From: Gnetum montanum | Taxonomy: Eukaryota; Plantae; Gnetophyta | Assembly (NCBI GenBank): GCA_015680685.1 | Contig: MNCI01002033.1 | Coordinates: forward strand, 46,772-110,771 | Direction: 5' to 3' | DNA length: 64,000 nt | Part shown: piece after piece, positions 11,391 through 23,400 of the stretch | Position numbering within the stretch: the stretch's first letter is position 1 | Layout: the number at the start of each line of letters is the position of its first letter | Program-made: the position numbers and the translations under genes | The notes under the pieces: model-generated | The model's database searches: none | What the model saw: the letters and a program-made list of their open reading frames with translations, nothing else | Told to the model about the DNA's origin: nothing

Positions 11391-13576
11391 ATGAATACTC
11401 GGTCTTTCAAAACATTTCATTCTGTGCTTATCTTGCTTGTTTGCTCAGTTGTATTGCTGTGTTCCCGTAATAATGACCTAGTTTCAGCGGATGAGGATCT
11501 CTCTCTAACATGGACCAAATCAGCAGCAGAAGAAGCAGAATGGGCAGCTGCTCAGCACTGTTCTGGCCATGGCTTTGTCTTCACGGATACCTTCCTGAGG
11601 CTTAATCAGACAAGCAAAGCCATTTGTGAATGCAATGCATGTTTTGAGGGGAACACCTGCCCTATCAAGAACTCCAATTGCACAGCAGATGCCGCAAGGT
11701 TTGTACCTTAAAATTATTGTTTCTATGTTTTTTCCAGGTTGATATATGGAATTCAGCAACCATGAATCTGGGTTTGTGTAGATTTTTAGCATTATTAACG
11801 AGTTTTTCTTTGTTTCTTTGTTTCTTTTGGGTTACAGCGGAGATCCAACATTCATGGAGTCATTTTGGCTCAGGAACGCCGAGGACAGCGCTACTGTTGC
11901 TCCGGGGTGGTACAGGATGAGCTACAAGATCAATGATCGCGTGGATAACTTAATCTCTCCTGAGTTGGAATCTCTGATAAAAAAACTTCATGCCCTGGTT
12001 GGAAATGCAGTTACTGACAACAGGTATATTGTGGTGGGTGTGGGCTCTGTGCAGCTTATCAACGCTGCCGTTCATAGCCTTGCTTACTCTTCTTCTAGAT
12101 ATCAAAATCGTGCACTTGTGGTGTCCCCTGCTCCTTACTACGGCGTAGGTGCCTAAATTTTGATTTAACTTGAAATGGTTTTCTGATTCTTTTATCATTT
12201 TGTAAGCTTGATTTATTTTAGTTTTTTTTCCTGAGAAGTCTTGTTTCTGCCCATTGTTTCTTTTAACGATTTTATACATTTAATTATGTTTGGATTTGTG
12301 ACTGCAGGCTTATAAAACCCAGACGGAGTTCTTTGAATCGATCAGATACATGTGGGCAGGAGATTCAAGGCAATGGGCAAACAAAACTCTCACCTCCACT
12401 ACAAATTACATTGAACTGGTGGCATCTCCCAACAACCCAGATGGATTTTTGCAGAATGGAGTTCTGGATGGAAATTTAAAGAATGTCAAGAAAGTATGGG
12501 ACAGAGCATATTACTGGCCACACTACTCTTCCATTAAAGAACCGGCAAATGAAGATGTGGTGCTTTTCACTTTGTCCAAGCTAACCGGTCATGCCGGCAG
12601 CAGATTCGGGTCAGTCAATGATTAATAGTTAATTATGGCAGGCACTTAAACTCCTCCTTGAAAATATTTCCTTTTAATTTTTCACTAATTCAGAATTCAA
12701 TTTGGTGGTTAATATGTTTTGTTTACTGCAGATGGGCGATTGTGAAAGACAGGTCTGTGTATGAGAGGATGGTTAATTACATCAGCCATAGTGTGATAGG
12801 AATTTCCCACGACACGCAGCTGAGAGCAACCAATTTGCTGAAAAGCATAATAGGAAGTTACCAAAACAAAAGCCCAAGCAGCTGTTCTGACAAAAACGAA
12901 GAGAAGATATTTGATTATGCATACAGTGTGATCAGCAGCCGATGGAAGAAAATCGAGCAGGCTTTCCAAGGATCTCAACGATTGTCTCACAACACGCAGC
13001 TGAGAGAAACCAATTTGCTGAAAAGAATAATAGAAAGTTACCAAAACAAAGGGCCAAGCAACTGTTCTGACGAAAATGAAGAGAAGATATTTGATTATGC
13101 ATACAGTGTGATGAGCAGCCGATGGAGGAAAATCGAGCAGGCTTTCCAAGGATCTCAACGATTCTCCCTGCAGAAGCTCAACTCCAGTTACTGCAACTTC
13201 TTCAGGCGAGTCAGGGATCCATCACCTGGTAATTATCATAGGTGTCCCTGAATTAGGTTGCTTAGGATGGTATTTGAGATTCCAAATTGCTAAAAGACAT
13301 TTTTGTTTCGTACAGAATGAATTCAAAGGGAAAGAAATTTTTTTTTTTTAAAAGACATTTTAATAATTTGATTAATGGATTTGTGTTGCAGCATACGCAT
13401 GGGTGAAATGTCTGAAAGATGCAGACTGTGGAGAGGTGTTTAGAAGGGAGGCAGGAATCATCGGAAGAAACGGCATAATCTACGGAATGGACAAGAGCTA
13501 CGTCAGATTCAGTCTTCTGAAACGCAATGATGCATTCGATAACCTTCACAATCACCTAGTTCGCTTCCTGGCTTGA
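11391..13576 (+). CDS. Alliinase-like / tryptophan aminotransferase-related (TAR3/4-type) PLP-dependent enzyme, 5 exons, ~532 aa
   Basis: Exons 11391-11698, 11838-12144, 12308-12609, 12732-13228 and 13392-13576 total 1599 nt. All introns are GT-AG and the frame is continuous. N-terminal hydrophobic signal, EGF-like CSGHG...CECNACFEGNTC, then SGDP, SPNNPDG, DRAYYWPHY, the PLP-lysine motif FTLSKLTGHAGSRFGW, and PSPAYAWVKC. Confidence 0.95.
12805..13164 (+). repeat. In-frame 180-bp (60-aa) tandem duplication in exon 4
   Basis: SHDTQLRATNLL...QGSQR is followed by SHNTQLRETNLL...QGSQR, with about 12 nt differences. Confidence 0.97.
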
Positions 13577-13669
13577 CTACGAGTTCTAAGTTTTATTAAA
13601 AGTGCGTGCATACCCTTCTTATTGACTTATCATTACATCTGTGACGGAAATAAGATAACGTACTGGGAA

Positions 13670-13826
13670 GTTTGGTAGATGATGTTGATCTTGTTTTCAA
13701 GAAAAGAAGGTTAATAGATGATGTTTAACTGGCTTTCAAGGAAAGGTCAGAAGATGTTGTTGATCTGGTCTACAAGGACTAGTAATGAGAGTGTTGATCT
13801 CGTCTACCAGGGTTAGTAGATGAGAA
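13670..13826 (+). repeat. Degenerate ~38-bp minisatellite, about 4 units, just downstream of the stop codon
   Basis: Recurring GTAGATGATGTTGATCT(T/G)GT(T/C)T(T/A)CAAG-like units. Confidence 0.7.
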
Positions 13827-15049
13827 TCCACGTGTGTTACCGCTTAAAAAGAGTCACCTTATCACTTAAAAACAAATACCTTATTATCATATGTACTTTT
13901 TATAGTGAGTATTCTCATGGAATAAATATTGTAATGTAATTATGCATTTAATAAATAAAAGCATATGCCTTATTTCTTTCATTGTTTTGTTTAGAAAAGA
14001 GGGTGAAATGTATTTTTTCTTGAGGTATTTATAACTTCGGGTGCAATTATTTATAAACTAGTTTTATTATATATTTATAATATATATCTATAATTTAGCT
14101 GAGAAAATCTTGCAAAAAATAAGTTGAATTTTAGTTCATCTACTATCTTGAAAATTATTGAAGTCACCATTTTACTAGATTCAATGTATTTTATAATAAT
14201 TTTGGATTGTATAGTGAGAATGATAACTAATTCCAAATTTGGTGATAAATCTTGTACTGCAAAATATGTCTAAACTCTCATGGATTATTGTTTTCCATGC
14301 ATACTCCCTTTGCCCTTTTGAATTTTATTTCTTGGAGTAAACATATTGTTGTTATGGCTGGAATATTATTTGCATCTTCTTTGTTGATAAGTAATAAGGT
14401 ATTTCCATGTATATACTAATTTGATTGAACAAAAGCATAGTATTTAAAATAATCAACTCATTAAGTATTATAGATTGTATATTTTTTCTTTGCAATGCTA
14501 AAATATTGCTCTAAGATTATTGCTTTTGGATAGTAGAAATGGTGGTGTAGCTATCCTTGCCACAAATTATTCATGGAGTGTTATGGAAGAAATATTATTT
14601 AGCATTACTAATAGGCTCTTTTTGGAATGTTATAGATAAAATATTTTTTACCATAGACTTTCTCTTTGTAGCACTATGGATATAATATTATTTAGTGTTA
14701 CAGATATAGGCCTCGTATTAGCCTCACGACCAAAATTTGTCAAAAATTAATAAAATTGTTTAAGCATATATTAAATCCTTATGTCAACTTCATTTATTAA
14801 TGATTTTTATGTAACATGATAGGTTTAACAGCTTTAATGTATCAATTGTTAAAAACTAATACTAATATTCTTAATAGTGTTTTTAAAACTCAAATTATTC
14901 CATTTAGAAAGTTAATTAAAAATGTTACATTAAAATATCATGTATTTTTTTTAGATAAGAAAAGAAAAAGTTTAAGTTTGTACCATATATAATTCTAATA
15001 GATTATTTATGGTTTTTGATGTCCTTGCAATAAAATGAATTTGTATTTC

Positions 15050-15213
15050 CTTCTCATAATAACAGATGCCTCATTTAGTTGTCAACAATACACCTAGGTT
15101 GTGTCTCCATGTGCTTCCCATGAAATATGTTGCCTTCTCTTAATAAGAAATGCTTAAGTTAGTTGTCTACAATACACCTAGGTGCATCCCCTCATGTTCT
15201 TCCCATAAAATAT
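15050..15213 (+). repeat. Diverged ~84-bp tandem duplication
   Basis: TTAGTTGTC..CAATACACCTAGGT...CATGT.CTTCCCAT.AAATAT occurs twice. Confidence 0.75.
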
Positions 15214-17483
15214 ATAATAGGATGTGCAAGAAATGTTTCCTCTAATTACAATAAAGTTTTGCATTGGTAGCCTTTGCTAATGTTGTTGGATCTTAAAAAA
15301 CATAAACAAATTGAATGAGCACAAGGGTGAGGATGATAACTACAGATTAGAAGCCATGATGAAGAAAAAAAATTAAAAGGAAGTCTTAAGCCTCACTAGA
15401 CTAGGGCAAATGCTGAGGTAATCAATTCCATTACCTTCATGCTAATTTATACATGTGATTTCTTCCATAATCATTCACCTTGGTAAACAAGCTAGTTGGC
15501 TATCATGTGGCTATGATATTAGTTAGGATATAGGTAGTTGGCAATCACATGGATATCACATGATTTGTGGGTATATCATGTTGGAATTGAAAATCTACCC
15601 AACAATCATCCCCTCAATGTCAATATAACAAATAAAGAAAGATGTACTTCCTTAATCTACATATTATTCCTTTGATTTGTGCACTATTCAATTTCATATA
15701 ATAGATAATTTACAAGTTTTATTCATCAAGATATTGAAATGCAAGTTCCTTCCTTTTTCAACTCCTAAATCAAAGAAGTTTTGAAAACATGGTCTCAACA
15801 AGAACACTCTTTAATCCCTTTTCACTTTACTTCCTCCTCTTTAAGAGTAGAACATAGAAAATATACTATGTGTACACACTTTTCTCACTTTGGGTTATAA
15901 ATTAGACAAGATCCTCCATCAAAAGCTTCTTCTATGCCTCTCACACATGGGCACCTCCAACTTCTTTACACCTTAAAAATAAATTCCAAGGAGAATAACA
16001 AAGAATAATGAGTTGCTTGAAGTCCATCATTGTGGTTTAGTTACCTAGGACCACTGCTACACTTTAGCTTAAGGTAACATATTGTAGCCCATCCTCATGC
16101 ATGACAACAATCTCTAGTAACAACTGGTAATGCTAGTCCAAGTTCCTAGCATGCGTGTTTATTGAGCCTACTATAAAATTGTCTAGCTTTTCTAATTGGA
16201 CTATTCCATCACAACTATGTTGCCTAAGTTTCCATACACTACAACCTTAGCAATGTGTTGCATCATGTTGCCATGGAAACACCACCTCTTCCATGACCTT
16301 TAAATGCACTTAAGACCTAGTTTCCCATAGTGGCTCATGGAAGATCTCATATTGAGATGTTCTAGAAGCTAACACCATTGCAACCACTTGTCCACCATGA
16401 TGCTGTCACATAGTGTCCACTAGAAAGATGCACTACTTTGCTATGCTACAAAATGCATCTCCTTGTGCACCACAACATCCATTCTTAATTTTATTATTTC
16501 TGCTATCGATGTAGTGCCTCAGTATTAGGATTCATAAAAAAATACACCACAAGTGCCACATGCTCATTGTAGTTTCTTGATGTTCTTCAATTTTAGTCTA
16601 TATGCTACATATGCCTTTGCTAGAGCCATGTTTGTTCTTAAATTTGCAAATTCTTTCTCTTTGCAAGTTCTCCAACTTCACCATGAGTTGCATTAGGTTT
16701 AATATTGTGTCAACTTATGTCTTGTTGGGCAATTGGCTACTTGTGGGTATAAGCGAATTATTAGCAGTGTAATGCCTTGAGGTTCAAGTTTTTCTTGATA
16801 CTTTACACTTCATGTAGAAATGGTTTTCACCTCAAGAACCATGTGCCTGTGGAGGTCCTTCAATGCAACAATTTGCATCAAAGCCTTGCCTTCCTCATAT
16901 ATGTGTTATGTTGTTTTTTTTGGACATAGTAAAGGCATTGTGGGGGGGTGGGGGTGGGGGAGATGTGGGTGTGGCAACGGGAAAGGGGGAGGGATAGGGG
17001 TTGAATTAGGGCCTTATACAAAATATTGACTTAAATATAGAGTAGTAGAAGATAAGAGAAAACACTAGATAACCTCAAAATAGGAAAACAAAGCACTAAT
17101 CGAAAAATGAGAAAATAGACATCAAGGCTATAAAGTGGTTTATTTGCTAGATTCATTAGCCTACATCCATCGTATAACTCTCCTTAGATCCTAAGGGGTA
17201 GAGTAATTTTATTAATCAAAAGAAAATTTTAAAGGCCCCTATTACAATCCCACATTAAGCATAAATCAAACTCACAATCATAGAAGATTTAGCTCTCACA
17301 ACACAATGAAAGAGAAAACACTCAACCTTATCCCACATAGAGGCTCAAGAGTTTTTCAATTCCCAAAGAAATGGAACATAGATATTTTATTAAAAAAATG
17401 AGTAGGGAAGGAAAGAAAGAGGGAAAGAGAGAGAAAAACAAAGGAGAAGAACAAAAGAGAAAATTCCAATTCAAGTGCATAGT

Positions 17484-20400
17484 TGATGAATGGCGAGATA
17501 CCCCTACACTCAACCATATGAATACAAGCGTTTTCAGGTGCGATCTGGTCGAACTCCACAGATGGACTAGTTGTGGCACCCAGATCGTTAACCTTAGGTC
17601 GTAGTTTGTTATCTTCCCACCTAGACTAGTATTATCTTTGTCATGTATGGTTTAGTCCAAAGTGAGGTGTATGATATGTTTCCTAATATAATGCTACTCC
17701 TGAAGGCAGTGAAAAGTAATATTAACTAAGCTATGCTAGGAGAGGAAGGGTAAGAAAGTCTAAACTAGCCTAAGTGCGATGAGCAGCCGTTCCTTAATCA
17801 TTAGTACACATCTTGGACCTCGTGCATGACTACCACTGGGATTACCAAGTGCATGGCCTAGGTACGCTACTAGGCTACCAAGTAGTCACACTTAAATGCT
17901 CGTGATTAAGTCATACTCATTCTGCATTACTATGAGTTTAAGGGTGAGAGGAACTAATTAGGAAAGCAGTAATAACAATTAATTAAATAAATAAATAACA
18001 AAGTTAATGTTGCAATGATGAAGTAATCTTGATCTTTATTGCTGGTCATGTACGTGTCCAAGTATGTCACACTTGAATAAAGGATGCCATACAATTACAT
18101 TTACCACACTGTAGGCAGACACTGGAAAATATTCTATCTCTGGAAGGGGAAAACTACCAGAGCTTCGCTAAGGAACTAAACTAGGATGATAAACAAGGGA
18201 GAGCCGCTTCTTATTTATAGACATTGTGGCAGACTGCGATATTGCAGGGGAAGATGCGATATTGCGTATGTGATATCGTGGGGGATGCGATATTGCGACG
18301 GACACGATATCACGTACGCAATATCGTAGCCCATGTGATATCGCGTCCCATCATACCCCCATGACTGAATAAAAACTCATCCTTGAGTTACAGTGATTAC
18401 ATAGTGGATAGGTATGGGATTATTGATGGAAAAAGAAATGGGAAAATGTCGCATTGTGTGAAGAAAACACAACATAGAAATACTACAACTACAAAAATTG
18501 GAACTCATGTAGTTCCAGGTGGCGGTGGCTCCTCCATAGGTGTCTTTCCCTTTTCTTGCACTCTAGGTCTTGGGATTTGATGGCGTTGAAGTATGGCCTG
18601 GAGTTTCTCCTCTTGTAAGGCCTTGAGTGCCTTGGTGTGCATGTAAGTTTGCACTTGTGCCATAGAGGCAACCCAGTTAGCCTTCTCTTTTTCTTCTGCC
18701 ACCCTTTTATTCTTTGTCAACAATTTATTAAGTTGCTTGGTTCTGAAAATGTCCAGCTGGTTCTGAGCAACCTTTGGCCCTGTATTTAGAAGGTTTAATA
18801 CTTCAAAAATGGCTTGAACAGAGAAATCAATAGTCACACCAAAAATGTTAACCATGGTGCCTTCTTCTTTATTGTGCCAAAATTGGTATGTTTCCCCTAA
18901 GTACCAAGCATCGCTTTCAGAGAGGGTATCTCCTGCTTCTGCCTACCTAGACCGTACGGTAGGAGGATCTTCTTGATGAATGATGAATGATTGTTCCTCC
19001 TGTTCTACATGTTGTTCGGTAGGATCTTGTCTTCCACCTCTCTAAGATCGCTCGATCTCACCTTGAGTAGGACCTTCCTATTCTCCATGTTTCGGGGCCA
19101 TCTGCAATCACACAGAACCAATTGTTAGTAAGGTTGTTACCAAAGTTAGGTTATACCTTACTGCTTGCTTTAATAGTTTTACTTTATTTTCGTGTGATGT
19201 TAATTATTGGAAGAACATGTCCCGGAAAGATTATAGTGTTGAGTCCTCTTTGCTTAGGTGGTTTCCAAATTTAATTTTCTAGTATAGCTAAGGGGATGAA
19301 ATTTTTTTTGACACATTTTATTCTTAATTTTAGAACTAATTATCCTTAAAGATGTCCTTCAGGTGATGATGAATTTCAAAAAATTTATGCACTATTCAGC
19401 GTGTGCCCCTCCCCCACGACTAAGCTGAATACTCCAGGTTCAAGTAGGTTCAAACGAAATGAAAATTGGAGTATCAGCGAGCAAGTTATGGATATGAAAG
19501 CAAGGGACACACAATTGCCAGTCGTAGAGAGGAATTGAAAAACTTCCCCTACGTGAACAATTGCAAATAATGTTGATTAGCACAGGGGGGTCACATATAT
19601 ATATTTTCATTAAAGTTAGGGCACTTAGAGAATGTACTGAATTTTTAATATTTCTTTGAAATTAAATGATGTAAACTAAGGATATCTGGATGATTGTTAA
19701 AGGGTTCCAGGGTAATTCAACTAGTTCTAAAGGCACAAAAATTATGATGGTGTGGAATTTATCAATATGGACCTTGGATGGCAGAGAAAAAGTCTATGTG
19801 ATGGTAATAAAGGAAAGAAAATTGTTGGCAATATGCTAAGGGGAAGAAATGGTGTGTGTGAGCTGTGTCATAAGCGAAGATTACAAAAGATTACACAAGT
19901 GGGTCCTCCCCAAAGTAGGTTCCAACCTATAATGCCCTTGTAGAACCACACTTAAAGTGTCCGTGGGCACTAGAAGGGTTAGATGTAATCCGCACTAATT
20001 CCACAAAACACACACATGTAAATATCACTGGAATGAGATGAAAATTCTATGCTACATGGGACACTAGCTACAATTACATGAACAGTGAGATGAGACGGAG
20101 TAGAGAAGGGATCGTAGAGATTGGAACATGAGGTAACTAACCCAGGGCACAATGAATCCTATGTGTAAAGCATGATTAATATGTCATTAACCCATCGTTC
20201 CAAGATTAGGACCAAGTCCATCCTTCTAAGCAGTGACATTGCATTATTTCATCCCATGATGAGCAATTATGAGAGTACCATAACAACAAGGCATATGATC
20301 ACTTGGCATTTTGTTCAAGGGAGGAGTGACTTTTGTTTTTATGGCACTTTGTTTTTCTTTTTCTCTTTTTTTTTTCTTTTTCACTTTATGAAATCCAAAG

Positions 20401-23400
20401 AAGCCACCAACCTTTAGGCATGGGTACATGTCTTTCCAATGGGACTCCCTAGAATAGCATTGGGTTTTTAAGTGCCCTTTTGATTACTCTTACTCCCATT
20501 TTTAGTTAGATCTACAAGGATCTTAGTATAACCATATTGCATGATAACTCCCACAGACATCACCAAAGAGAATCGCAAGTCCCCTTGATGTCACATCCTA
20601 TTCATTCCCTCTTGGTCCATCCTTCTTCATTCTGGGTACAATGAACACAAAATTAATTTTAAGTTTTAAGAATTTCAAGAATATCATTGTACCCTTGAAT
20701 AGAACCTCTTATTTGTAGAGTGGATGAGTGGGTGTAATGGGCTCACTATCCAAATAATTGATCACTCATGACTTAATAACATAGAACACACCTTGACCAA
20801 CGATCCACATGAGTGTTTTATTCATAGATGAGATTACTTTACAAAAATGTAAAAAGACAAAAACACCAAAAGGATAAAAAGATAAAACAAAAAAGTTGAA
20901 AAATGAAAAACTGAAAAACAAAAAGTTGTAAAATTAAAGAAAATTGAAAAATATTTATTAATCCTGCTTGTTAGTAAAATGGGGGGTATCCCCCATAACT
21001 AATCGATTGAGGATAGCAAGGATTAATAAATGAAGGATGAGGATCCTTGCATGTTGGAAGTATTGGAACTGGTCCATATTTACCCCATTGGGGTTCACAC
21101 ACTTGATTATAATAAGCATAGTAGGGCACTTTATATGATGTAGTTCCCAGATAACGAGTTGACCCACTATGATATTTGGGACTGTTAGATGGTATGCAAG
21201 GATTGGGTTGTCGCTCTCCATGTTTGTGTTCATTGGACCGTATGATTGTTGGAGTGAGTGGATGGCCCTGATGAAGTTACATGAGGCATTGGGTTCAAAG
21301 GTAAGGGTACACCACAGTGTGGGACTTGTGCTGAGGTGGAGGATGCAGTGGCCTCGGAATTGTGTTATCCCTTCTTATGATCATGTTTAAAGAAAGGACG
21401 CTTTTAATGTTGAGGAGGCTTTTCACTGCTGTTAGTAGTAGTAGCATAAGTGTTGTTCATGGGTTGTTGTGATGGTGCAGACACCTTAGGAATAGTTGGT
21501 GGCAATATAGAAGGAGGGAAAGGATGAGAATGTTGAAAGTTAGAAGGAGTATAAGGTGCACAAGGTGGTGGTTGTGTTGGAGGCATGGGTTGATAGTATT
21601 GAGGAGAATGGTATTGTGGTGAGATAAAGTATGTTGGCCCAGTTGGAGGAACAGGATGTTGAACTTGATAAGCGTTTGGATTCAAATAATATGAAGGATG
21701 CCTCTAGTGTAGAAAATGGTTTTCTCCATGACTGGGATTTTTTCCACTGTGATCGAACACAGTATCTCTGTACAAACTCTGGATGTAGCGTATTTTCCCA
21801 AGGCTCTTGTAAATGTAACAATATTGGGCATTGGCCCTTGGGGTGATCGTACAGGCATATGTTGCATTCATATGTATGATTAGTAGTTGAGCACTTATTC
21901 CCTTCATTCTTTTTTTCCGAATGTCTAATGTTTCATCCTGCTTCTTGGGTTGTCAAAAATTTATCTCCAATGGTGTTGATAAATTCTCCACACTTTTGAT
22001 ACATCCATTCCAACATCTTATTGATCTTTGCCTCGGCTTCTTCTAACGATTTTTGTATTGGCAAAGATCATTCTTCCACCTTGAGATTGGTTGATTTCTC
22101 CTTGTTATGATCATGGACCTTTGTGAAGTTGAAATTTTGGTCCTGTTGATGTTTTTCAACACTCTCCCACCTGGCCATTTCTCCTTCATCTTTTGCTACC
22201 CTCTTAATAAGCTCTTGGACTTGATGGGTTTGTAGTTTGTATAGTTGACCTTGAGCATACATTCCTAAGGTCTCTCTTGTTTTGTTACGTAGCCCATCAA
22301 TNNNNNNNNNNNNNNNNNNNNNNNNNNNNNNNNNNNNNNNNNNNNNNNNNNNNNNNNNNNNNNNNNNNNNNNNNNNNNNNNNNNNNNNNNNNNNNNNNNN
22401 NNNNNNNNNNNNNNNNNNNNNNNNNNNNNNNNNNNNNNNNNNNNNNNNNNNNNNNNNNNNNNNNNNNNNNNNNNNNNNNNNNNNNNNNNNNNNNNNNNNN
22501 NNNNNNNNNNNNNNNNNNNNNNNNNNNNNNNNNNNNNNNNNNNNNNNNNNNNNNNNNNNNNNNNNNNNNNNNNNNNNNNNNNNNNNNNNNNNNNNNNNNN
22601 NNNNNNNNNNNNNNNNNNNNNNNNNNNNNNNNNNNNNNNNNNNNNNNNNNNNNNNNNNNNNNNNNNNNNNNNNNNNNNNNNNNNNNNNNNNNNNNNNNNN
22701 NNNNNNNNNNNNNNNNNNNNNNNNNNNNNNNNNNNNNNNNNNNNNNNNNNNNNNNNNNNNNNNNNNNNNNNNNNNNNNNNNNNNNNNNNNNNNNNNNNNN
22801 NNNNNNNNNNNNNNNNNNNNNNNNNNNNNNNNNNNNNNNNNNNNNNNNNNNNNNNNNNNNNNNNNNNNNNNNACTAATCTAGATAACTAGCACCGTCCCC
22901 AGCAACGGTGCCAATGATGAGTGGCAAGACACCCCTACACTCAACCATACGAATATGAGCATTTTCACGCACGATCTGGTCAAACTCCACAGACAGACTA
23001 GTTGTGGCACCTAGATCGTTAACCTTAGGTCGCAGTTCACTATCTTCCCACCTAGACTAGTGTTATCTTTGTCACATATGGTTTAGTCTAGAGTGAGGTG
23101 TATGATATGTTTCCTAATCTAATGCTACTCTTGAAGGTAGTGAAAAGCAATATTAACTAAGCTAAGATAGGAGAGAAAGGGTAAGAAATTCTAAACTAGC
23201 CTAAGTGCAATGAGCAGCCATTCCTTAATCATCTGTACACATCTTGGACCTTGTGCACGACTACCACTGGGATTACCAAGCACATGGCCTAGGTACACTA
23301 CTGGGTTACCGAGTAGTCACACTTAAATGATCGTGATTAAGTCATACTCATTCCGCATTACTATGAGTTTAAGGGTGAGAGGAACTAATTAGGAAAGCAG

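Noticed and set aside
11520-13555. Minus-strand ORFs overlapping the gene (11520-11792, 11950-12279, 12709-13158, 13262-13555)
   Set aside because: Antisense shadows of real exons with no recognisable motifs.
11391-13576. Gene symbol assignment (TAR3/TAR4/alliinase) and a biosynthetic gene cluster
   Set aside because: Orthology needs a phylogeny, and no other enzyme gene is visible in the window.
13900-15280. AT-rich region with weak repeats, possible DNA transposon
   Set aside because: No TIR, TSD or transposase motif could be established by eye.
21404-21685. Proline-rich ORF resembling an extensin or cell-wall protein
   Set aside because: It lies within the Athila-like element as the low-complexity tail of gag; the homologous region is at 57800-58100.
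22277-22890. Two ~200-aa ORFs in the ORF track
   Set aside because: They are translations of the N gap at 22302-22872.
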